A stretch of DNA of 61,652 nt, filler included. It is 5 parts of 5 records of this genome, joined end to end, with 100 filler letters (N's around TTAATTAATTAA, not from the genome) between each part and the next. Parts side by side here need not be neighbours in the genome. Positions count along the whole stretch, not along the records: positions 22,194 to 34,795 come from SRR20825019_615; positions 34,896 to 46,800 come from SRR20825019_617; 3 more parts are not named here. One strand, given 5' to 3'. Each line of letters opens with the position of its first letter. Position 1 is the stretch's first letter. A program made the translations under genes and the position numbers. The notes below the pieces were generated by a model that saw only the letters and a list, made by a program, of their open reading frames with translations, was not told the DNA's origin and did not search any database. Shown here one piece after another: positions 28,845-40,008 of this stretch.

Positions 28845-30428
28845 TTAAAGACTGGCAATCAGCAGCAGCACGCCAAAGCCCAGCACGCACACCGCGCCCG
28901 CCAGCTCGGCCCACCAGACGATTGCGCCGGCCAGGGCACTGTCCGCCCCGCCGATCCGCCCCGCCAGCCCCTTGGCCGTCACCGCCAGCGTCGCCAGTGT
29001 CGCCACGGTAATCGCCGTGCCCAGCCCCATCAGCAGCACCGAGGCGATCCCGGCGGCCAGCACGCCTTGCGACAGCGCAAACACCAGCACCACCAGCGCC
29101 CCCGAACAGGGCCGCAGCCCCACCGCCAGCACAACGCCCAATTGCTCGCGCCAATTGCCCCGAATATCCTGCGGCGCAATCGCATGGTGCATACCGTGGT
29201 CATGATGTGCGTGTTCATGCGCGTGATGGTGATGGTCATGGTCATGGTCGTGATGCGCATGGCTGTGCCCCCAGCCAAAGACCTTGCGCATCACCAGCCA
29301 CACGCCGAGCAGCGCCACCATGGCATAGGAGACCACGCCAACCCAATGCGCCGCCTCGCCCAGCGCCGTGCTGGTCAGGTTCAACACCCCGGCCAGCACC
29401 AGCACAAAGCCGATCGCCACCAGCGACTGCATCAGCGCCGACAGCCCGCTCAGTGCAATCCCGCGCCGCAACTGGCTCTCATTGGCCAGCACATAGGACG
29501 AGATCACCACCTTGCCATGTCCCGGCCCGGCCGCATGGAATATGCCATAAAGAAAGCTCAGCCCGCCCAGCACCCAGAACGCCGTCCAGTCGGTGCGCAG
29601 CGCATCGAGCGAGGCGGTCAGCGCCGCATAAAAGTCCCGCTGCTGGTTCTGCAGCCAACCGAAAAACCCACTGCGTGGCAGATTGATCCCCACCTCCGGC
29701 GGCGGCCCGCCAAACGGTGCCGCAGGCCGCGCCCGCGCCACATCGGCAGCCGCCTCAGCTGCAGTCGTCGCCCCGCTGGCCGCGCCGCAGGAGACCACCA
29801 CCAGCCCCTGGGTTCCGCGCATGGCCGCCGCCAGGTCTGGCGGCAATTCCAGCACCTCCGGCCCCAGCGCATAAAGCCGCTCCTCGACCTCACGCGTCAT
29901 CGGCACCGGCGGCTCGACCCGCACCGCGCAATCCTCCGGCGCATTCTCCAGGGTCACATCCGCCGCATCATTGACCGTGATGGCCACATAATATTCGGGA
30001 TCATAAACTCCCAGCTCGAACCGCTCACCCGCCGCCTGCGGCTGGTCGGCCGTAATGGAATAGTCCAGCGTGACGCGATTGTTCTCATAGGTCATGCGCT
30101 GGTCGCCGACAGCGGCGAACGCCATATCGTCGCCGGCATAGGTATAAAACCCGTACTCGGCCAGCCCGACCATGTTCTCGTCCGCCAGCGCCTGCATTTC
30201 GGCGGAACTGACGCTGCCATCGCCATCGGAATCGAGCCCCTGCACCATCCACACCGAAAATGCGGTGTCGAATGTCCAGCTATGGTGCAGCCCCGCCACG
30301 CGGCCCTGTTCGTCGAACCGGATCGTCGCCTTGGCGTCGATCATGATATGCGGATGGGCCAGTGCCGGCTGCGCAAAGAAAACTGCCGCCAGCGCGGCCA
30401 TCGCCGCCCCTCGCCGAAATCCGTTCAC
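28845..30428 (-). CDS. Fusion of DUF1007 periplasmic domain and NicO/RcnA-type Ni/Co transporter
   Basis: Signal peptide + AHPH..W.FD..FS..YDPEYY (DUF1007); then YGIFHAAGPGHGK, His-rich loop, GLRPCSGA (RcnA/NicO) in one frame. Confidence 0.85.
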   Translation of the reverse strand: MNGFRRGAAMAALAAVFFAQPALAHPHIMIDAKATIRFDEQGRVAGLHHSWTFDTAFSVWMVQGLDSDGDGSVSSAEMQALADENMVGLAEYGFYTYAGDDMAFAAVGDQRMTYENNRVTLDYSITADQPQAAGERFELGVYDPEYYVAITVNDAADVTLENAPEDCAVRVEPPVPMTREVEERLYALGPEVLELPPDLAAAMRGTQGLVVVSCGAASGATTAAEAAADVARARPAAPFGGPPPEVGINLPRSGFFGWLQNQQRDFYAALTASLDALRTDWTAFWVLGGLSFLYGIFHAAGPGHGKVVISSYVLANESQLRRGIALSGLSALMQSLVAIGFVLVLAGVLNLTSTALGEAAHWVGVVSYAMVALLGVWLVMRKVFGWGHSHAHHDHDHDHHHHAHEHAHHDHGMHHAIAPQDIRGNWREQLGVVLAVGLRPCSGALVVLVFALSQGVLAAGIASVLLMGLGTAITVATLATLAVTAKGLAGRIGGADSALAGAIVWWAELAGAVCVLGFGVLLLIASL

Positions 30429-30437
30429 GATGCGCCC

Positions 30438-31337
30438 CTAATGAATGGGGTGTGTGGCGAACCACTCCACCAGATGATCGATCAATGCCCGCACCTTGCC
30501 CGCCAGGTGCCGCCGATGCGGATAAACCGCCTGCAGCGTCTGCCCGGTCGGCAGGAAGTCGGCCAGCACCGGCACCAGCTCGCCCTTCTGCACGCTGGGC
30601 TCGGCCAGATAGGACGGCAATACGACAAAACCGAGGCCCATGGCCGCCGCTGTCCGCGCCGCCAGGGGTGAATTGACCCGCAACGGTCCGGTCACCGGCA
30701 CCGAGATGGTCTTGCCCTCCTCGGTGAACCGCCAATTGGACTGCCCCTGCAGATTGACATCGACAATGCAGGGCAGATGCCGCAGCTCCTCGGGGTGTTT
30801 CGGCGTCCCCACCCGCTCGATCAGCGCGGGCGCTCCGCCCATCACCACATGCATATCGGCGATCTTGCGGGCAATCAGCGAGGAATCGGCCAGCGTCGAA
30901 ATGCGCAGCGCCACATCGATCCCCTCATCGACCAGATCGACATAGCGATCCTCCAGTCGCAGGTCGAGCGTCACTTTGGGAAACTTGGTCAGATAGGCAA
31001 AGATCGCTGGCGCCAGCGTGCTTTCGCCGAAATTGCGCGGCGCGGAAACGCGCAGCAGGCCGCGCGGCTCGGCCGTCTGGTCCGCGATATTAGCGTCGAG
31101 GTCGTCGAGCTGCTGCAACAACCCCGAGGCCTCGCGATAATAGGCTTCACCCGCCTCGGTCAGGCTCAGCTTGCGCGTCGTGCGGTTCATCAGCCGGACG
31201 CCCAGATAATCCTCGAGATCGGTGACATATTTGCTCAACAGCGCCTTGGAGCGCCCATGCTGCCGGGCGGCGGCCGAAAACCCACCCGCGTCGAAGACCT
31301 GCACAAAGGCGCGGATGCGGGAAAGGTCCTGCGACAT
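30438..31337 (-). CDS. LysR-family regulator (CrgA-like)
   Basis: GGFSAAAR..LEDYLGVRLMNRTTRKLSLTEAG, DLVDEGIDVALR. Confidence 0.92.
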   Translation of the reverse strand: MSQDLSRIRAFVQVFDAGGFSAAARQHGRSKALLSKYVTDLEDYLGVRLMNRTTRKLSLTEAGEAYYREASGLLQQLDDLDANIADQTAEPRGLLRVSAPRNFGESTLAPAIFAYLTKFPKVTLDLRLEDRYVDLVDEGIDVALRISTLADSSLIARKIADMHVVMGGAPALIERVGTPKHPEELRHLPCIVDVNLQGQSNWRFTEEGKTISVPVTGPLRVNSPLAARTAAAMGLGFVVLPSYLAEPSVQKGELVPVLADFLPTGQTLQAVYPHRRHLAGKVRALIDHLVEWFATHPIH

Positions 31338-31484
31338 GGCGGCGTCCGTTCACTCATAGATGGTCAATGGACGCATAACTCATCTGCATGGGGTGAACAA
31401 TAACGCCCCTTGGTCGTTGAGCGATTAACGATAGGATAGATGCCCAATCGACGGCGACAAGGAGATCGGACTATTTTCCCGCCT

Positions 31485-31907
31485 ATGGCCAGACCCTCCT
31501 CCCGCTCAGCGCTCTACCGGCTCATCGAAGCCGGCCAACTTGCGCACAAGGCGCTGCTCTTGCCGCTGGTCGAGAAAGGTCTCGAGCCTGGCGATGATGC
31601 CATATTATTCGTGCTGGGCCGCGCGGGGACAACTGAAGCCGACCTTGCGCGCGAACTCGGGCTCACCATCGACATGCTCGCCACAAGGCTCGAGCGTCTC
31701 GCCAGCCGCGATTTCATTACCCGTCAGGCCGTCGGTCCCGAGCTTGAACCGGGCCTGGCCCTCACCGAACGCGGCCTGCGCATCCGCAATGCCCTGGCCG
31801 ATCACTGGGCCCAGCTCGAAGAGGCCCTGATGGGCGAGCTCAAGACCAAGCAGCGCAAGAAATTCTCCGAGGCCCTGGGACGCTTCGTCGATCTGCTGCG
31901 GCTTTGA
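31485..31907 (+). CDS. MarR-like winged-helix protein
   Basis: EADLARELG..RLERLASRDFITR..LALTERG pattern. Confidence 0.65.
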   Translation: MARPSSRSALYRLIEAGQLAHKALLLPLVEKGLEPGDDAILFVLGRAGTTEADLARELGLTIDMLATRLERLASRDFITRQAVGPELEPGLALTERGLRIRNALADHWAQLEEALMGELKTKQRKKFSEALGRFVDLLRL

Positions 31908-31920
31908 CGCGCCGATCCAG

Positions 31921-31948
31921 CTTAACAATTCGTTCAGCTTGGGTTCAG
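31921..31948 (+). promoter_or_regulatory. 11-bp-phased direct repeats upstream of the SH3 gene (OmpR/PhoB-type site?)
   Basis: CTTAAC, GTTCAG, GTTCAG at 31921, 31932 and 31943. Confidence 0.4.
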
Positions 31949-32010
31949 GCGCGATGGGCTTAATTGGGGTCAAGGCTTGATCGCCACCCCATTCGGAAGG
32001 AGTCCCCCGC

Positions 32011-32472
32011 ATGACCTTCAAGACCAAACTGATCGCCGCCGGCATCGCCACCATGGCTGTGCTGGGCACCACAATAGCCGCGTCGGCCGCGCCCGCCGTC
32101 GCCACCGGCAATGTCAATGTGCGCTCCGGTCCCGGCACCGGCTTTCGCGTTGTCGATACGCTGCGTCGTGGCGAGCGCGTGGATATCCAGCATTGCCGCG
32201 GCAGCTGGTGCTTCGTCGAAAAGCGCGGTCCCGATGGCTGGGTGTCGGCCAATTATCTGAGCAACGGCCGTCCCGGCTGGGGCAATGACTGGGATGATGA
32301 TGACCACTGGGAACGCCCGCGTCCCCCGCGTCCGCCCCATTGGGATCGCCCCAACCATCCGCGCCCACCGCACTGGAACCCGCGTCCGCGTCCCCAGCCC
32401 ATCTATCCGAGCAATCCGGGCGCCAGCATGTGCTTTAATGGTCCCAATGGCTATTTCTGCATCGGCACCTGA
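32011..32472 (+). CDS. Secreted SH3b-domain protein with Pro/Arg/His/Trp-rich tail
   Basis: Signal peptide, NVNVRSGPGTGFRVVDTL, C..SWC..GWVSANYL, C-terminal CFNGPNGYFC; AGGAG RBS. Confidence 0.85.
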   Translation: MTFKTKLIAAGIATMAVLGTTIAASAAPAVATGNVNVRSGPGTGFRVVDTLRRGERVDIQHCRGSWCFVEKRGPDGWVSANYLSNGRPGWGNDWDDDDHWERPRPPRPPHWDRPNHPRPPHWNPRPRPQPIYPSNPGASMCFNGPNGYFCIGT

Positions 32473-32491
32473 CTTCGGATCCAGGCAAGTC

Positions 32492-32520
32492 AAGCGCCGT
32501 CCCTTTGGGGGCGGCGTTTT
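32492..32520 (+). terminator. Intrinsic terminator after the SH3 gene
   Basis: GCGCCGTCCC-ttt-GGGGGCGGCGT then TTT. Confidence 0.6.
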
Positions 32521-32530
32521 GCGTTGGCCG

Positions 32531-32971
32531 CTATTCCACCATCAGCCGGTCGATCTCGATTCCGCGTTTTTCCAGCGGCGCCCGCATCCGCCGCGCCAAA
32601 AATTCATTTGTGCCATAGGTCACGATCGCACCAATGGCCGCGGCCGCGCCAAAGGCCAGCCAACCCTCCTCGCTGCCCAGCACCGAAGCACCCAGCAGCG
32701 TCGCAATGCCCATGCCGAACACGATCCATTGTTTGCGCTGCTCGGCAATCTTGAGGTTGCGCGCGCCTGAATGCAGCAGATCGCGCAACTCCATGTCGGT
32801 CATGGCCGCCAATTCGGGCGAACGGCGCTCCCGGCGAATGGTTTCGATATAGGCATCCACCCGCCGCATGGTCAGTGCGTCGCGCTTGTCGTTTTGCCGC
32901 CCGCGCGTCAGCATCGTCCAGCCACCGCCAAGCAGCAGCAACACCAGGGCAATTTCGATGAGCCAGATCAT
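32531..32971 (-). CDS. Hypothetical membrane protein
   Basis: AGGAGG RBS, N-terminal TM plus a C-terminal TM pair. Confidence 0.7.
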   Translation of the reverse strand: MIWLIEIALVLLLLGGGWTMLTRGRQNDKRDALTMRRVDAYIETIRRERRSPELAAMTDMELRDLLHSGARNLKIAEQRKQWIVFGMGIATLLGASVLGSEEGWLAFGAAAAIGAIVTYGTNEFLARRMRAPLEKRGIEIDRLMVE

Positions 32972-33148
32972 TGCGCGCCTCCTTGGCTGCAGACATGCCC
33001 TCTCAATTGGCCAAGTGCAAGACCAGAGCCTTGTACGAAAAAGCCGATCCGGCGCTCCGCACATTCCGCTCCAGTCGCATCATCCGGCGTTCCGGCAAAA
33101 AAACGCCCCGTAGCGCCGCCACGGAGCGTCAATTGCGTGTCGCAGGGG

Positions 33149-33469
33149 TCAGGCCTTGGCCATGGCCGACTTGATGATGCCGGCAATCGCAGTCAGCAGA
33201 CCGCCACCGACTAGGCCTGTCGCGCCCTGTCCTGCCAGCGCACCGAAATCCAGTCCGCCTGTCGTTCCTGCTGCGCCGGCGGCTGCACCCACCAGCGAGT
33301 CAAGGCCCGGTATCATTCCGGCCAGCCAGGTCCCGACGAGGCCGCCAATGGCGCCGACAATTGAATTGCCAGCGGTGCCGAGATTGAGCTGTTTTGCCAA
33401 TTGCCCGATGACATTGCCGCCGGCCCCGCCAGCGATCAATTGCACCAGGATCGGCACGATGACTTCCAT
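33149..33469 (-). CDS. Small glycine-rich membrane protein
   Basis: GAGGGGG RBS; LIAGGAGGN..LGTAGNSIVGAIGG glycine-zipper-like repeats; hairpin plus U-tract downstream (about 33097-33130). Confidence 0.75.
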   Translation of the reverse strand: MEVIVPILVQLIAGGAGGNVIGQLAKQLNLGTAGNSIVGAIGGLVGTWLAGMIPGLDSLVGAAAGAAGTTGGLDFGALAGQGATGLVGGGLLTAIAGIIKSAMAKA

Positions 33470-33652
33470 GCTAATCCCCCTCTGTGATTGCGCAGGGCCT
33501 CCCGCCCTGCAACACAATCACGCTACGCCTGTTTTAAGTTCGGGCAAAGTATAAATCCCTGCTGCCAGACTTTGACCCGCACCCACATTACCGCCACGGT
33601 CCAGACACTTGACCGATTGATGAGCTCACCCTTCCCACCTATGGTCCGCCCG

Positions 33653-34441
33653 ATGTCCAGTTCACCATTTCCCTTCCCGAATCACGATCAGGCGGTCGCC
33701 CTTGTGACCGGTGCCGGTGATCGCATCGGCGCGGCCATCGCCAGCGCCCTGGCCGATGCCGGTCATGCCGTCATCATTCATTTCCGCTCCGACGAAGATG
33801 GCGCCAGCGCCGTGCGCGACCGCATCCGCAAGGCCGGTGGACGCGCAGAGATCGTCCAGGCCGATTTGGCCGATCGCGGCGCGCGTGCCGGCCTGATCGA
33901 AAAGGCCGCCGGCCTGTTTGGCCCGCTGACTCTCCTGGTCAACAACGCCTCGGCCTTCGAGCCGGACAGCGCGCAGGATGTCGAAGAAGCCTTGTGGGAC
34001 ACCCATTTCGCCGTCCACGCCGAAGCCCCGGTATTTCTCGCCCGCGACTTTGCCGCGCAACTACCGGACAGAGTTGAAGGCAACATCATCAACATCGTCG
34101 ATGAGCGCGTGCTGCAGCCCAGCCCGGCCTTCTTCAGCTACTTCCTGTCCAAATCCGTCCTCTGGACCGCCACCCAGACCCTGGCTCAGTCGCTGGCACC
34201 GGCCATCCGCGTCAATGCCATCGGCCCCGGTCCCGTGCTGCCCAATGCCCATCAGACCCAGGCTGAGTTCGAGCAATCAATTGCCAGCCTGCCATTGCAG
34301 CGCAATGCCGGCCCCGAAGCGATTGCCCAGGGCGTGCTGGCGATCCTTTCAATGCCGTCCTATACCGGCCAGATGCTGGCACTCGATGGCGGCCAGCATT
34401 TGAGTTTCCCCGCCCGCCGGGGTCCGACCCCACGACCATGA
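33653..34441 (+). CDS. SDR-family oxidoreductase (pteridine reductase-like)
   Basis: [19 protein letters not shown] (YxxxK), IRVNAIGPG; conserved position upstream of uvrC. Confidence 0.88.
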   Translation: MSSSPFPFPNHDQAVALVTGAGDRIGAAIASALADAGHAVIIHFRSDEDGASAVRDRIRKAGGRAEIVQADLADRGARAGLIEKAAGLFGPLTLLVNNASAFEPDSAQDVEEALWDTHFAVHAEAPVFLARDFAAQLPDRVEGNIINIVDERVLQPSPAFFSYFLSKSVLWTATQTLAQSLAPAIRVNAIGPGPVLPNAHQTQAEFEQSIASLPLQRNAGPEAIAQGVLAILSMPSYTGQMLALDGGQHLSFPARRGPTPRP

Positions 34442-34795
34442 CTGACGTTCCCGCCACCCCTGCCCCGCCACCCTCCGGCCCGGAGGTGATCCGCGCCTTT
34501 GTCCGCACCCTGCCGGCGGCCCCCGGCGTCTATCGCATGCTCGATGCCGATGGCGGCGTCATCTATGTCGGCAAGGCGCGGAGCCTGAAATCCCGCGTCA
34601 CCAATTACACGCGCCCCGAAGGTCTGCCCGTCCGCATCCAGCGCATGATCGCGGCCACAGTTTCCATGGAGTTCGTCCGCACCGAGACCGAATCCGAAGC
34701 GCTCCTGCTCGAAGCCAATCTCATCAAGCGCCTGAAGCCCCGCTTCAACGTGCTGCTGCGCGACGACAAGAGCTTTCCCTATATCCTGATCACCG
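34438..34795 (+). CDS. uvrC: Excinuclease ABC subunit C, 5' part (cut by contig end)
   Basis: GIY-YIG domain [40 protein letters not shown]. Confidence 0.95.
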
Positions 34796-34895
34796 NNNNN
34801 NNNNNNNNNNNNNNNNNNNNNNNNNNNNNNNNNNNNNNNTTAATTAATTAANNNNNNNNNNNNNNNNNNNNNNNNNNNNNNNNNNNNNNNNNNNN
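34796..34895. other. Artificial contig spacer
   Basis: 44 N + TTAATTAATTAA + 44 N. Confidence 0.98.
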
Positions 34896-36296
<1,401 letters not shown>

Positions 36297-36302
36297 TCAA
36301 TC

Positions 36303-36327
36303 AGTAGGGGCCGATTTGGCCCCTACT
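36303..36327. terminator. Perfect 10-bp hairpin between convergent gyrB and mprF
   Basis: AGTAGGGGCC-gattt-GGCCCCTACT, overlapping the mprF stop codon; no long U tract. Confidence 0.45.
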
Positions 36328-38932
36328 TCCCCACAATCCCGCGCGCCGAGCCTGCGATCAGGCGGGCGGCGTCGGTCAGCGGGCCGACGGGCGGCAGGGC
36401 AGAGCGGCAGCAGAAATAGCGTGGTTGCCAGACCGGGTCGAACTTGGATTTGAACCGTCGCAAACCTTCGAAACTGTAGAACCTATCGCCGTGGCTGTAG
36501 ACCAGGCTGCCGAACCGCGCCCACAGGGTTGCGCCCCGTCGCCCGGACAGGCCGGCAAAGGGCACCATGCCAAGGCTGAAGCTTTCGCGGCCTTCAGCCT
36601 TCAGTTGCAGCAGCAGATCGGTGAACAGAAATTCCATCGTGGCGGCGGGGACATCGGCGTGGTGGCGCATCATGTCGACGGCGCTGCTGCGGGTTGCTTC
36701 CATCAGGTTGGCAAAGGCGCAGATCTCGCCGTTCAGACGCACCAGCGCGATGCGGGTGCGGTTCAGCCAAGCGGCATCGAACCGGCCAACCGAGAACCGC
36801 TTTTCCCGTGCGGCGTGCTGGGCCATCCAGTCGTCGGAAATGTCTTGCAGCGTGTCGATCATCTCGGGCGCGTGCGGGGGCGAGAGCAGCTCGACGCTCA
36901 GCCCGTCGCGTTGGGCGCGGTTCCAGCTGGCGCGCAGTTTCTTGCGCTCGGGCCCTTCCAGCGTAAAGCCGGCAAGCGGCACAATCGCCTCTTCGCCCAT
37001 CTTGTGCAGGGTCAGACCCATGTCGATGGCCTGTTCGGTGAAAGCGGCGGATGTTTCGTAGAACACAGGCCGTGCACCGGCGGCGCGGGCGGCGTCGTGA
37101 AAAGCCCAGGACAGGTCCTCGACATCCTCACCGTCCCCGACCGGCGCGCCCATGACGATCCACGATCCACCCTTGATCCCGTAGGACAGCACCGATTGCT
37201 GCGCGGGGCCAAACATCAACATCTTGTCCCCGGTCAGCGCAATCGCATCCGATCCCTGCCCGTGCGCGTCAATGATCGCCTGCGCAGCCCTGAACGCGGT
37301 TTCATCGGGCAGCGGTGCCTTAACCCGCGCAACGCGGAAACCGGAATACAGCAAGGCAGCGCTCAGGATCACGCCAGCCGTCAGCGCAGCCCGCCAGGCC
37401 GCCACCGCGGGTCCGTCCCCCGCCAACTGCCACCACATCAGATCACGTGCGGCGCCGTCGGTGTGGACCAAATACCACAGCAAACCCAGCGAGATCAGCG
37501 TTGACAGGGTGAACACGATCCAGCGGGCAGACAGAACGCCCTGGGTCAGCCGGGCGCGGCGGTAGAACTCGCGCCGACAGGGCCACAGGATCAGCGTCAT
37601 CGCCAACAAGATCGCAGCCCGTTCCAGATCCTGGGTCTTGAAAGCGGCCACGCCGATCCCGACCACCAATGCGGCCAGAACCGACCAATAAGCCTGCCGC
37701 GAGCGGCGGAACACCGACACGGACAGCACCGCCAGCAGGGAGCCGATGATCGACGACACCAGCGGGCCACCCTCGATCATCGTCAGCGGCAGAAAAGTCT
37801 CGATCTCTTCGGCGCGCCCTGCGGGAATGGGGATCAACCCGGCAAACATCATGAACAGGCCCGAACCCAGCACCAGCACGCCCGTGGCCATGGGAATCAG
37901 CGACCGGCCCGCCGATACCATGGGCGCAAGGCCCGGAACGGTCGGCAAACGCGCGCCTGCGGCACTCCAAACCTCGGTCAGGGAAAGCAGCAACAGCGCC
38001 AGTACAAAGGGCAGCAGGAAATAGATCAGCCGGAACAGCAACAGCGCCGTCACCGCATCGTTCACCGGAACCGAGGCCGGCAGCGCCGCAATCACCACGC
38101 TTTCGAACACGCCAATACCGCCCGGCACGTGACTGGCCACGCCCACCATCATCGCCACCGCAAAGACCGCGAGCATGTTGGCAAAGGGCAGCGCACCGGT
38201 GGGCAGCAACAGGTGCAGAACCAGCGCCGCCATCACCATGTCGACTCCGGTGATCAGCAGTTGGCGCAGCAGGTCCCCGCCTCGTGGGGCCGACATCCTG
38301 AACTTGCCCCAGGCAATCGTCCCGCCCCGGTGCGACACAGCAGCCAGCGCGATCACGGCCACCAAAAGAGCCGCAATCGCGATCAGGCGCAGTGTCTCGG
38401 GTGCGATGTTCACAAGCACCTGCAAGGCGGCGGGATGCACCGCCACCGCGCCCAGACCGATCAGCGTCGATCCGATGCCAAAAGACATCGCCGCAAAAGT
38501 GGAAATCGCAGCAACATCATAGGCATCCAGCCCCAGCGCCGAATAGATGCGATAGCGCACGGCCCCGCCGGACACCACGCTCAGCCCGATGGTGTTGCCC
38601 AGCGCATAGCCCAGAAACCCGCCCAGCGCGATCGAACTGGCCGGTGCGGTTTTGCTGATATACCGCAGCGCCGACCAGTCGTAACCGATCAGCGCAACAT
38701 AACCCGCCGCCGTCGCGGCCAGTGCACCGGCGATCAGGTGCGGTGGCGTGGCCTGCAACTGCGCCAGCACCACCCGCATGTCCAGCGGAGCCAGCAGATG
38801 ATACAGCGCATAGACCCCCGCAATGAACAGCAGACCCGTCAGGATCAGCGGCCCGTGCTGGCGCAACAGCGCGCGCAGACGGTTGCCTGTGTCAGGTTCC
38901 GCTGTCGTGGGTCCATCGGCGTGCTGGGTCAT
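36323..38932 (-). CDS. mprF: Bifunctional aminoacyl-phosphatidylglycerol flippase/synthase MprF
   Basis: SGGAVRYRIY, HVPGGIGVFE, FRLIYFLLP membrane domain; GDK, KMGEEA, EKRFSVG, DMMR, LGMVP, YSFEGLRRFKSKF synthase domain. Confidence 0.92.
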   Translation of the reverse strand: MTQHADGPTTAEPDTGNRLRALLRQHGPLILTGLLFIAGVYALYHLLAPLDMRVVLAQLQATPPHLIAGALAATAAGYVALIGYDWSALRYISKTAPASSIALGGFLGYALGNTIGLSVVSGGAVRYRIYSALGLDAYDVAAISTFAAMSFGIGSTLIGLGAVAVHPAALQVLVNIAPETLRLIAIAALLVAVIALAAVSHRGGTIAWGKFRMSAPRGGDLLRQLLITGVDMVMAALVLHLLLPTGALPFANMLAVFAVAMMVGVASHVPGGIGVFESVVIAALPASVPVNDAVTALLLFRLIYFLLPFVLALLLLSLTEVWSAAGARLPTVPGLAPMVSAGRSLIPMATGVLVLGSGLFMMFAGLIPIPAGRAEEIETFLPLTMIEGGPLVSSIIGSLLAVLSVSVFRRSRQAYWSVLAALVVGIGVAAFKTQDLERAAILLAMTLILWPCRREFYRRARLTQGVLSARWIVFTLSTLISLGLLWYLVHTDGAARDLMWWQLAGDGPAVAAWRAALTAGVILSAALLYSGFRVARVKAPLPDETAFRAAQAIIDAHGQGSDAIALTGDKMLMFGPAQQSVLSYGIKGGSWIVMGAPVGDGEDVEDLSWAFHDAARAAGARPVFYETSAAFTEQAIDMGLTLHKMGEEAIVPLAGFTLEGPERKKLRASWNRAQRDGLSVELLSPPHAPEMIDTLQDISDDWMAQHAAREKRFSVGRFDAAWLNRTRIALVRLNGEICAFANLMEATRSSAVDMMRHHADVPAATMEFLFTDLLLQLKAEGRESFSLGMVPFAGLSGRRGATLWARFGSLVYSHGDRFYSFEGLRRFKSKFDPVWQPRYFCCRSALPPVGPLTDAARLIAGSARGIVGK

Positions 38933-39152
38933 GGTCTGATCTGCTTTCCTGGTCCGGTGTCCATGCTCTGTCTATAAACACCAGAGCATTGCAGTGCAGG
39001 TGTTATCTTTGTCGTCCCGTGTCAAAGACGGATGACGCGCAGCACCCAAGGGGGAACTTTGTTAAAATTTTTCCTTTGTGGCAGCCCCGATAGTCCTTAG
39101 TCTTTGCCGCAAGGCCAGGGTTTATGGCCAAGTCCAAGCTGGGAGACTTTTA

Positions 39153-39494
39153 ATGGGCAAACGTGACGACCTGATTGCGCAATATGCGGATGATCTGAAA
39201 AACAAATGTGGCATGACGCCGGATATGGACCTTTTGACAAAGGTGACCATTGGCTGCGGCCCTGCCATCTACAATGCCGATGCCTCGACCGTGGCCGGTT
39301 CGCAGCCGTCCGAGCTGGAAACCGTCAAGGAAAACTTCCTGATCAAAAAGCTGGGTCTGGCCGATGGCCCGCAATTGATGGAAGCGATCAACAGCGTGAT
39401 CGAAACCTATGGTAAATCCGAGCGCAACAAATACCGCGCCGTGGTCTACTACATGCTGACAAAGCACTTTGGCAAAGACAGCGTTTACGGCTGA
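39153..39494 (+). CDS. DUF2853-family protein
   Basis: LLTKVTIGCGPAIYNADASTV..ELETVKENFLIKKLGL..RNKYRAVVYY. Confidence 0.85.
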   Translation: MGKRDDLIAQYADDLKNKCGMTPDMDLLTKVTIGCGPAIYNADASTVAGSQPSELETVKENFLIKKLGLADGPQLMEAINSVIETYGKSERNKYRAVVYYMLTKHFGKDSVYG

Positions 39495-39518
39495 GTTCGC
39501 CTTGTCAGAGACTGTTTC

Positions 39519-39543
39519 AGGCCCGCATCACGCGGGCCTTTTT
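39519..39543 (+). terminator. Intrinsic terminator
   Basis: AGGCCCGC-atcac-GCGGGCCT then TTTT. Confidence 0.7.
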
Positions 39544-39547
39544 CGTG

Positions 39548-39946
39548 TCAGGCAAACAGGGTCAGCACGCAGCCGATAATTGCGCAGCCAAAGGTGGCAT
39601 AGCCGCCGTCAATCAACGTCAGCTTGAACGGTCGCCCCGGATAGGCGTTGTTGATCATGATCCACGGGCTGATGAAAAACAGTCCCACGCCCAGGCCGGA
39701 CACCAGCCCCTTGTCCAGCGTATCAATCCCCGACAGGGCAAAGATGTGGCGCATCATGCCTGCCACCACGATCATGGCAATGGCGGACAGGATGAACGGA
39801 AGCGCCGAGCCATTGCCCTGCGGCTTGCCATCCGGTCCCATCGCAATGCCGGCGGCGGCCATCCACGGTTTTGACAGCGCCATGTACCACACCGCGCCAA
39901 AGATCCACGCCGCAGCACCTGCGGCAATCACGGAAAGAACACCCAT
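39548..39946 (-). CDS. DUF1761-family membrane protein
   Basis: FGAVWY..KPWM..LTLIDGGY; four TM segments. Confidence 0.8.
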   Translation of the reverse strand: MGVLSVIAAGAAAWIFGAVWYMALSKPWMAAAGIAMGPDGKPQGNGSALPFILSAIAMIVVAGMMRHIFALSGIDTLDKGLVSGLGVGLFFISPWIMINNAYPGRPFKLTLIDGGYATFGCAIIGCVLTLFA

Positions 39947-40008
39947 TTCATGCTCCTTAGCATCTGGTCCTGAGTTTCTGCCCGAAAGTGTAGCAGAAAA
40001 TCACAAAA

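Noticed and set aside
38940-39070. Pho box upstream of mprF
   Set aside because: TGTCA-like words are present but not at 11-bp spacing.
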